Shown here in pieces: positions 53,335 to 64,000 of a stretch of DNA of 64,000 bases. The stretch comes from Octopus vulgaris (taxonomy: Eukaryota). Made by a program: the position numbers and the translations under genes. The DNA lies in the NCBI GenBank assembly GCA_951406725.2, contig OX597814.1:185256001-185320000 (forward strand), written 5' to 3'. The notes under the pieces were generated by a model, which saw only the letters and a program-made list of their open reading frames with translations, made no database searches and was not told the DNA's origin. Positions within the stretch are counted from its first letter, which is position 1; each line of letters begins with the position of its first letter.

Positions 53335-53414
<80 letters not shown>

Positions 53415-53550
53415 ACAAACTGGGACAATGACGCAAAACATTTAGAAGACGATACAAAAAACACGGTCGGGACATTCGAAGCCTTTAATCTTCAGTCAAG
53501 AACCGGATCATGCTCGCGATTTCGGCTGACATATAGATAGATAGATAGAT

Positions 53551-53590
<40 letters not shown>

Positions 53591-53641
53591 TCTACAGGCA
53601 CACACACAAATATTATATATGCAAATACATACATACACATA

Positions 53642-53925
53642 GGCGCAGACGTAGCTGTATGGTGAGAAGTTCGCTTCCCAACCACATGGTTCCGGGACAA
53701 GTGTCTTCTGCCATAGCCTGGAGTCGACTAAACCCTTGTGAGTGGATTTGGTAGACGGAAACTGAAAAAAGTCCGTCGTGCGCGCGTGTGTGTGTGTGTG
53801 TGTGTGTGTGTGCTTGTGTCAGCGTTTGTTCCCCACGTACCCACCACCACTTGAGAACTGGTGTTGGTGTGTCTACGACGCCCGCAACTTAGCAGTTCGG
53901 CAAACGATTCCGATAGAATAAGAAA
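53642..53925 (+). mobile_element. SINE A, diverged and truncated
   Basis: GGCGCAG head, GTGAGTGGATTTGGTAGACGGAAACTG. Confidence 0.85.
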
Positions 53926-53999
53926 AATATAAAGATGCATATATATGTGTCCATAAATGTGTATTTATGCACATATACATATTTGTGCATGGTTAGTCC

Positions 54000-54232
54000 A
54001 CATTCCTTTATAAGGTACATAGGGCTGGTTTCTCGGTTCCTCTGGCGTATATATACTTCCGGGACGCCGGATTCTCGCAGGATTATTAATTTTTACCAGC
54101 TGAATAGACTGGAGCAATGTGGGATGAAGTGTTTTGCTCAAGAACACAACTCGACACCCGGTGCAGGAATCGAAACCACAATCTTATGATCATGAGTTCA
54201 ACACCCTAAGCACTAAGTCATGCACCTCCACA
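54000..54232 (-). mobile_element. tRNA-derived SINE with CORE-like domain (family D)
   Basis: TGACTTAGTGCTTAG..GGTTTCGATTCC..TTGTGTTCTTGAGCAAAACACTT..TTGCTCCAGT. Confidence 0.8.
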
Positions 54233-54269
54233 CAAATATGTGCATACAGCAACTACAAATATATAGATA

Positions 54270-54584
54270 AAAAGGGTAAAGACCTCCTTCTGTCATGAAT
54301 AACCATGGAATTGAACCATTGTTGTTTATGGAAGACCAGCAGTCGCCTATGCATACGAGCCTCCCATTCTCCACGCCACCGATGTTATCCTAGGGAAAGG
54401 TAAATGCTGATATAGCTTGGCACAAGTGACGTCGCACCTCATTTCTACAGGTGAGTGAACTGGAGCAACGTGGAATAAAATGTCTTGCTCAAGAGCTCAA
54501 AAGACAACCCGGTCCGAGAATGGAACTCACAACCTCGTGATTGCGAGCCAGGTGCTCTAACCACTGAGCTATGTGCCTTCACAC
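54270..54584 (-). mobile_element. tRNA-derived SINE with CORE-like domain (family E)
   Basis: TAGCTCAGTGGTTAGAGCAC..CTTGAGCAAGACATT..TTGCTCCAGTTCACTCA; different tail from family D. Confidence 0.8.
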
Positions 54585-54644
54585 ATACAGACACACACGT
54601 GAATTTTTATATATAGTTACGTCTGCGTGTGCAAGAGAGAGAGT

Positions 54645-54684
<40 letters not shown>

Positions 54685-55020
54685 AATAACGAGAGAGAAA
54701 GGGAGAGAGAAAGATGCAATGTCTACGAAGGCTTGTTATTCTAAATGCAAATATTCGAAACACACGAACGTATTCAAACTCTCCCCAAATATATCATCAG
54801 ATAGTACCCCCCGGTAAAGAATGTAACTCTACTTGCAGTAGACAAGCAGTCTCGTAACACGTTCCACTCCTTTTTTTTGCGTGGTTGAATAATTTGGTCT
54901 GGTGAGAGTGCCAACAGCAAGAATAATTACCCCAGTCAAATATTAACATTTGTAAAAATCATCTCATATATAGCAGCAAAGAGTAATTATTGCAAATCAG
55001 TAAATATATATATATATGTA

Positions 55021-55100
<80 letters not shown>

Positions 55101-55101
55101 C

Positions 55102-55160
<59 letters not shown>

Positions 55161-55248
55161 GTATATATATATGTATATATGTATATATATATGTATATAT
55201 GTATATATATATATATATGTATATATATGTATATATGCATATATATAA

Positions 55249-55320
<72 letters not shown>

Positions 55321-55577
55321 TGTGTTGTATGGCTCACAATCATGTGGTTGTATGCGTTTATGTAAGGTATTGGTGTAGGTAAGAGCGGTAAGTTTTCTAA
55401 GAATAAATACCAAATATTAGAATATAAAGTTATGATAATACACACAAACACACACGAACACATACACGAACACACATACGCGCACATACCCCCACACAAA
55501 CACACACAAGTACATACACTCACACAAACTTACATACATATATATATATATATACACACACATATACCTCCACATAT

Positions 55578-55985
55578 CTCTTTTACTCTTTTATTTGTCT
55601 CAGTTGACTGCAGCCATGCTGGAGCACCGCCTTTAGTCGAGCACATCGACCCCCTGGACTTATTCTTTGTAAGCTTAGTACTTATTCCATTGGTCTCTTT
55701 TGCCGAACCGCTAAGTTACGGCGACGTAAACACACCAGCATCGGTTGTCAAGCGATGTTGGGGGGACAAACACAGACACACAAACATATACACACACACA
55801 CACATATATATACATATATACAACGGGCTTCTTTCAGTTTCCGTCTACCAAATCCACTCACAAGGCATTGGTCGACCCGAGGCTATAGTAGAAGACACTT
55901 GCCGAAGGTGCCACGCAGTGGGACTGTACCCGGAACCATGTGGTTGGTAAACAATCTACTTACCACACAGCCATTCCTACGCCTA
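55578..55985 (-). mobile_element. SINE A
   Basis: Full family A structure. Confidence 0.92.
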
Positions 55986-56526
55986 TATATACAACATATA
56001 TACGTACACATACAATGTGTATACTTTCACAGATACAACACATGTATTTTCGTATATACAACAGATACAACACATGTAATTTCGTATATAATCTCATGTG
56101 AACCGTAGACTGGATTGTACGAGGTGACATCATGATTCTTATATTTGTTGTTCGGTTTATTCGCTCTGATATGTTGTATATGGATAGGACAATTTATTGT
56201 ATTACGAGCAATAGAATTACCGTGTTGTGTGTATCTGTGAGTTTTGGCTTGTAGCTTATTGCTTTGATCAACTCTTCCTGGTCTTTATTCTCGATCTGAG
56301 ACAGTTCTCTACTGTAACTTTGTGTTGGTGTGCAACGTGTATTATTATTTGAGGAATTGGCAAAGTTATGTATACCTGTATCTTGTATGCATTGAATCTT
56401 CTCTAAGTATCCACAAATACATAGGATTTACAAATGCAATGCAATATACACTCGGTCTTTGAGCGACTTTACATGCAGTAATAAGTTGTGCGAAACAGAG
56501 TTTATTTTAACGAGATACCACTTCAA

Positions 56527-56638
56527 ATCATCTGATGAGACACATCTACACCGAGGGATACACCTAAATCGAAATCAGTTGTGCAGTATCTCACCCGCGA
56601 GGGATTGATGCTAGATGGGTCGAAACTATTGTAGTGAT
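56527..56638 (+). ncRNA. Hammerhead motif with enlarged stem-II loop
   Basis: ATCAT-CTGATGA-GAC.CATCTA..(~60 nt)..TAGATG.GTC-GAAA-CTATTG-TA-GTGAT. Confidence 0.75.
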
Positions 56639-56710
56639 CAGTAAAGCTTCTCGTATATCCCATTTTATGTTTCTCTAATTAATATCATATATATATATAT
56701 ATACATATAT

Positions 56711-56984
<274 letters not shown>

Positions 56985-57133
56985 TTATCTGAGCGTGCAT
57001 GTGTGTGCGCGCGTATGTCTGCATATATACGCCCATACAGCATGAACCAACTTCTTTGATAAAGAATCAGCAACTAACAAGAAGCGTGTTCAGCACCAGG
57101 AAAAGGATCAGTACAATTTTTTTTTTTGTTTTT

Positions 57134-57250
57134 TTAATGGAATTTTAATTAGTCATCTCGTACCAATGGTTTCATGCTGATGAAGTCATTTTTCAAATAG
57201 GAATACGACTAAAAACATTGGAACTAGAACAATAACGTAAATTCCATTTC
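57134..57250. repeat. Decayed fold-back with hammerhead-like core
   Basis: CTGATGA-AGTC..GACT-AAAAACATTGGAA on plus; the inverted left arm retains GAAACCATTGGTA. Confidence 0.5.
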
Positions 57251-57461
57251 AAATATTGTATATTAAATGTATATTATATAATCATATTTGCAGGTAAATA
57301 TTTTTAAACTGATATATATATATGTATATATATATATCATATGTTATATATTATATATTAAACATATATACACATATATACATGTATATTGTATGCTGTA
57401 TATTTGTGCATAAGTGTATTCACAATGTATAGACGCTCAAGCACAGAAACTTGCGCTTGCA

Positions 57462-57538
<77 letters not shown>

Positions 57539-57555
57539 CATACATACATACATAC

Positions 57556-57653
<98 letters not shown>

Positions 57654-59371
57654 AAAAGTCATCCTTTATAATTCATAGACCTTGGAGAAACAGGTTATTT
57701 TATTCCTTCAATATACTTAAAAGGGACTCTGAACTAATTTAATTTCGCAACTATAAACTGTTTATTTCTACAAAAAAAAAAATTTTCAACTCCAGTTGCC
57801 GCTAAAATTATATTTGTTCACATTATTTATTGTATGCTAAAATTGACCCAACAGTTCTATTCCTCCACTATTCCATATCATCGAACATTCACACGTCGAT
57901 AATTTTCTATAATTAATTTTATATATCTTTGTATAAACTCATGTTTAATTTCATCTTTTTACAATTTTATATTTAATGATATACAGTTTTCGTTTACAGA
58001 ACCCTTTCTCTATCAATTATTATATGAGCCTTCTAGATCTTTCAACTTTTTTCTCCTGCTCTTACTCTTTCTCTTTCTCTCTTTCTCTCTTCCTTTCTTT
58101 CTTTCTCTCTCTCTCTCTCTCTCTCTCCCTTTCTCCCTTTCTCCATTTTTACATATACCGGTTACAGAAGTTTTCTTAAAAGAGTAAATTATATAACCAT
58201 ACCATTTCCTTTTTGTTTCAATTTCGTCATTTTACAACATTTTCGAATCTGCCTTTTTTTTTCAATTACACATATTGTTAATGTGCTTTTTAAATCAACA
58301 TATTATATGATTGTTCAAAACCAGTTTATGCTTTTCTTCTTTTAATTTTCCCCCTCTTTTCCATTACTGTGTTCTTACCTCATTTTGTTTATTATTTATT
58401 TATTCACTCATTTACTTATTTATTTAATTTTTATTCCCTCAACACTACAACCCACCTCAATGTTTCAACTTTTTAATTGTTGTTTTCCCCTTTTATATAT
58501 ATATATATATTTTTCGTATTCAAAACTATATCAATGCTAAATTTATAGTCTCACAACAACCAATCGAATTATGAATTCATTCTGAAATATTATGCGATAT
58601 TTCAACAACAGTAAGATAAATTATATTTATGTAAATAATAATGATGTGATCTTAATATCTAAAAAACAAGAAAAAACACCATATCTATATGTGTGTGTAT
58701 GTGTGCAAATGTGTTGTGTGTCTGCGTATATATAAATATACGTGTATATGTATTATGTTTATGTATGAATTTACACATATATATGTGAGTGCATATATGT
58801 ATATATATATATATACTTTTACATATATATATTTACATGAATATATGTATGTATATTTATACATATTATTGTGTGTGTGTGTGTGTGTGTCTGTAAGCAT
58901 GTATTATGAACTTGGTATCTCGTCTTTCTACGTTTTTCCTACAACAGGTCTATAAAAGATATTATCTCGGATGAAAATCACACTATGTTGCCTATCAATG
59001 GTGTACATACATATATAATGTGATACATAGCCGTCAAACTTAACTTAATCCTGCTTCAGTTATGTAAACCGGTAGCTATACCTACATCAGTGAATGCATT
59101 ATTCATTACTTCCAATATGTCGGATACGACAAATTTTTGTTTAGGGCATGTGGCTGCGAGTACACGTCAGGAAAGCTCAAGAATGCTAAAATGGAGCAGG
59201 CAATTTCACCTGACGGATTGTTTGTTTCCCTCCATTTTTTTTAATACAGCATATCTCCGACGAAAACCGAACTATTTTGTCTGTCAATGACGTATATACA
59301 TTAAATATGATGCTCTGGTGGCTATTTTAATTCAGTGCTTATTCAGTTGCATATATGTATATCTATATAAG

Positions 59372-59411
<40 letters not shown>

Positions 59412-59500
59412 GAGAGAGAGGGTGAGAGAGGGAGAGAGAGGGTGAGAGAGGGAGAGAGAGAGAGGGAGTGAGTAAAGTAGATACATAGATAGGTAGATAA

Positions 59501-60073
59501 CTTTCTTTACTGGCCACACAGGGATGAACAAAGAGGGGACAAATACAACTGTAGAGCTTTTCTTTTCGAAAATGAAAAAGAAAAAGGGGAAAAAACAGAA
59601 AAAAGTAAGATTCCGATCAAAAGGGTTGGGGGAAAAAGGGACCGATCACAGAAGAAATTTTTAAAATGTAAGAAACAAGATTAGATTTATCCGTGGAAAG
59701 AAGAGCCTACAGAAAAACCACGGTAACCTCAGCAGGGAAGGAATAAACACATGATAGCAAAGTGCTCTCTCTCTTTCTCTCCCTCTCTCTCTCTATTTAT
59801 CTCTTTTCGATTTACATGATCATGCTCAATGTGGTTTCATCGCTCACACGCACCATCATTGCTACATTCACCCACCTGTTTTTGAAACTTTCACGAGACA
59901 AAACCTGCCTCTTCATTCTCACCTTCCTTTTCAAGTGGTACTTGAAAAAGTTGATGAGCGATTGGCCAGAGAGGTAAGTGCTTGTCTCTAATCCTTTTGC
60001 TCGAGTCCACCTCACACATTCTTTCAGCATGGCCACCAGTACGATGAAAAATGCCTTGCCTTCCCGGTTGAGG
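59501..60073 (-). mobile_element. Tx1/L1-clade LINE 3' end (ORF2 C-terminus and 3' UTR)
   Basis: REGKAFFIVLVAMLKECVRWTRAKG..LINFFKYHLKRKVR..FKNRW; GATA-type repeats on both flanks. Confidence 0.75.
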
Positions 60074-60771
60074 AGATAGATAGAGTGATAGATACATACA
60101 TACACACATATATAAACGTGAATGTAAATCATATGCGTATATATATATATATATATATATATACGTATGCAGGTGGAACTGGACAAAACACCCACTTATA
60201 TAATATTCTTTTTCTTTCTTTTCACCTTTTACTTGTTTCCGTCATTAGATTGTGGCCATGCTGGGGCACCGCTTGAAGAAATTTTAGGTGGACGTATTGA
60301 CCCCAGAGTGTTTTTTTTTTTTTTACTTGTGGCCGTCATTAGATAGAGAGAGAAAGAGTGAGAGAGAAATAGGGAGAGAAAGAGAGAGAGAGATGGGTGT
60401 GTTTAATTGCGCAGAACTGACCATCCTCGACTAAATAAATTAATAAACATATATGTGATGTGGTGGTTGTCATTGCCATGAACGCTGACCATTCTCACCA
60501 CAGGACAATTTCCGACCAAATAAAAAGACAGAAAGATAAAAAGAGAGAGAGTGAGGGAGAGAGAGGGGAAAGAGAGAGAGATTGAAAGGCATCGATTCTT
60601 TGAAAATGTTGGCACTTTAGCTCTGGTCACACCATCATCATCATTATCATCCCCATAGTTAAAATGTGAAAGTGGACAAAATACCCACGCTTATAAATGA
60701 GGTGGTGTCACAGTTATGTTTTATGGGACAAACAGACAGAATCTCACTTTTATATATATATAGATATATGT

Positions 60772-61168
60772 GCGAGTGGCTGTGTTGTAAGTAGCTTGCT
60801 AACCAACCACATGGTTCTGGGTTCAGTCCCACTGCGTGGCACCTTGGGCAAGTGTCGTCTGCTATAGTCCCGGGCCGACCAATGCCTTGTGAGTGGATTT
60901 GGTAGACGGAAACTGAAAGAAGCCTGTCGTATATATGTATATATATATAAGTGTGTGTGTATATGTTTGTGTGTCTGTGTTTGTCCCCCTAGCATTGCTT
61001 GACAACCGTATCTGGTATGTTTACATCCCCGTAACTTAGCGGTTCGGCAAAAGAGACCGATAGAATAAGTACTGGGCTTACAAAGAATAAGTCCCGGGGT
61101 CGATTTGCTCGACTAAAGGCGGTGCTCCAGCATGGCCGCAGTCAAATGACTGAAACAAGTAAAAGAGT
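60772..61168 (+). mobile_element. SINE A
   Basis: Full family A structure. Confidence 0.92.
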
Positions 61169-61435
61169 ATATATATAAATTAAATTAGAGATAAAACCAC
61201 TATTAGGCAAATCAAACAGTGAAAAACATAAACCAAAACATAAACCAAAACATAAAAATAAATATAATTAATATAATATACAAAATATATAAAATATAAA
61301 ATTTGAAATTAAATTTAAATTCTTTTTAATTTAATTTATATTTATTTATTTATTTATTTATTATATATAACAATCAAAAAGATATTAAAAAGTTATATAT
61401 ATATATACATTCATACATACATACATACATATACA

Positions 61436-61470
<35 letters not shown>

Positions 61471-62050
61471 TTATATATATATATATACATACATATAAAG
61501 TGTTAAATATCTGTCTGAATGGTGGTATTACATACCATGTTTTGCATACGCTTGCTCTTCTGTGTGTGTGTGTGTGTGTTTATCTGAATATTTGCGTATT
61601 AAAGATTTGATATTTGTGAGTATACATGTAAGTTTGTAGATATATATCCATATGTTTGTATTTATTCATTTTTTTTGTGTTGTTGCATTTGCTATTTCAC
61701 CCATTGTTTTCATATCTGATTAAGCTGGTTCACCATCAAAGACATTCCTACAGTCGTAACTATCCTGCCTTTTCTTTTTCAAACATGAAACAGCTAATGA
61801 TTGTTTGTGGTAGAGGCACAAAGCCAACAGTTTTGTTGACTGTGGAATATTTGATGCCGTTGACTCTAGTACATACATAATACTTTATTTTATCGATAAA
61901 AAGGGCGAAATATAACAAGTATTCCTAATAAAACTAATAATAAATGTAACAGTAAAAATATGAATAATAATAATACTAATAAAAGACAATATAAGACAAT
62001 GTAACAAACTAAATAAAGATAAAAACAATATAGCTGTTATTAATGATTAC

Positions 62051-62122
<72 letters not shown>

Positions 62123-62131
62123 AATGAGAAT

Positions 62132-62956
62132 ATGAGCAATAGTATAACACATAGTAAAGTATACAAAAAGAGATATATTATACCTAAGAATAACAATTTA
62201 ATACCGATGATGTCTACTAATAATGATAATATAAAAAATATTAAAAATAAAAAGGATATTATATGGTTAATTATTCCGTATGGGGCTCAAGTGATGACTA
62301 ATGTTATTGAGACACTTAAAATAGTAAAAATGGTTTTTAAAAGAGACAATAGTTATTCAAATATATTTTCCAATAAAACCATAAGAGTGGGATACTCAAC
62401 ATCGAGAAATGTAGTTAATATCATTTCCTCTATAAATAATAAGAAATTAAATAATTATTATAATAGCATAATAAATAATAGCTCTAGCCATAATATAACC
62501 GATAGTGAAAGAAGTCTTAATCAACATAGAGAAAAATGTTCGTGTCGTGATAAGGCTAAATTTAAGCTCTCTAATAATTGCAACGTCGATAATATAATTT
62601 ATAAATGTATAGTTAGCTCTAAGAATAATTATAAATAAGGTTTATATTGGATCAAGAGCTAATGAAATTAGAAAAAGAATATCCAAGCACTACCAGACCT
62701 TTAAAAATCCCAATTTAAGTAAGTTCATAGGCTTAAATAAATATATATGGGAATTAAAATCTAGAAAAAGTACACCCTTAATTGAAGCGTTATAGGTAGA
62801 GCCCACTACAATAATATTGGGAATAAAATGTGTTTATTATGCATAACAGAATTTATGAAACTACTACAGTCTAGAGATGAATTATTAAACACATATGAAC
62901 GTGGAGTTAAATGTAGGCACCGAAGTAATTTTACATTTAGTAAAATGAAGCACTGA
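62132..62956 (+). mobile_element. Penelope-like element C-terminal linker and GIY-YIG endonuclease (pseudogene)
   Basis: IIWLIIPY..IRVGYS..CSCRDK..IIYKCIV / VYIGS..RKRISKH..KYIWELK / CLLCITE..LLN..KCRH across two frameshifts. Confidence 0.85.
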
Positions 62957-63551
62957 ACCCCCAACACCTGAATCAAATAACCACATAATTTTATTTCTAA
63001 GCACTTGAATAGACTATATAAATAAAATAATAATGCAATAATTTAAATAAATATATGAATTAGATATTCCTAAAATTATATAATGACAAATTATATGTAT
63101 CTCCCATTATAGGTAAATTTGAAAATAATAATAGAGGATATTTTAAAATTAAAACTATCTATAGAGTAATTACCCCCTTGGTACTAATCACCTATAAATG
63201 CCCATAGTTCCCTGCTATCTTCTTCTTCTATTCACCATTTTAGTACCAGCAAACAAAGAAAAATATGTATTTGAATTTTTCTTGTTATACATCACATTTA
63301 AACACAGACATTTTTATTCTAATGTATAATTTTATATCTCACATTCAGTATCTGGCATATACTTGAATTTACATAATTGATATATATACTAATTCATATT
63401 TATAATATATAATTTATACATTTTGATTCTTAATATTACTAAGTATAATTTTAATTTGAATTTTTAATTCTTAATTTTTAATGTTTAATGTTTAATTGTA
63501 TTGCTTATTTTTTAAAGGGATGTAAAATTAGATATATAATATTTTGAAAAA

Positions 63552-63591
63552 GAACCTGAAGATGTGTTGGAATAATTGTAAATCTGATGAC

Positions 63592-63644
<53 letters not shown>

Positions 63645-63834
63645 AAATAGAAAGATGAATAATCTTGTAGCAGATTAATCAAAAGTTTAACCGATACCTT
63701 GGTAGCAAAAATCACAGCAGAAGACAGCACGGTTGGAGGTACAACCATATGGTGTTGCAACCGTGCGTTGGTGCGGATAATTGAAATTAAAATATTATTG
63801 GTGAATTGAAGCTCCATTTCTTCAATTCACCAAC

Positions 63835-63878
<44 letters not shown>

Positions 63879-63936
63879 TACAGTTGTGTATATGTATATA
63901 TATTGTAATCTTCCAATACTGAAACATGTGTAGTTC
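63552..63936 (+). ncRNA. Hammerhead motif split by nested insertion
   Basis: GAAC-CTGAAGA-tGTGTTGGAA (63552-63572) pairs with TTCCAATACt-GAAA-CATGTG-TA-GTTC (63911-63936). Confidence 0.7.
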
Positions 63937-64000
63937 CTTCATATTTAACAAATTTAAGTATTAACTAAAGTTGGAGATAACTGATGAAGTATGATATACA

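Overview
AT-rich, microsatellite-saturated animal genomic DNA, most likely octopus (inferred from the SINE and repeat repertoire). No intact protein-coding gene is evident; nearly all listed ORFs are microsatellite or SINE artefacts. The window is a mosaic of tRNA-derived SINEs (at least 5 families), decayed LINEs (CR1/L2-like, R4/Dong-like RLE, Tx1/L1, RTE), Tc1/mariner relics and Penelope-like (GIY-YIG) remnants. The most notable signal is about ten sequence-distinct minimal type-I hammerhead ribozyme motifs (CUGANGA...GAAA-palindrome-UH), often next to microsatellites. One follows a tRNA-like Pol III head, two lie inside fold-back mini-elements, and one, downstream of a Penelope endonuclease, is split by a ~330 bp nested insertion. 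Two SINE families share 3' tails with LINE remnants in the same window. All structures were folded by eye; no searches were run.
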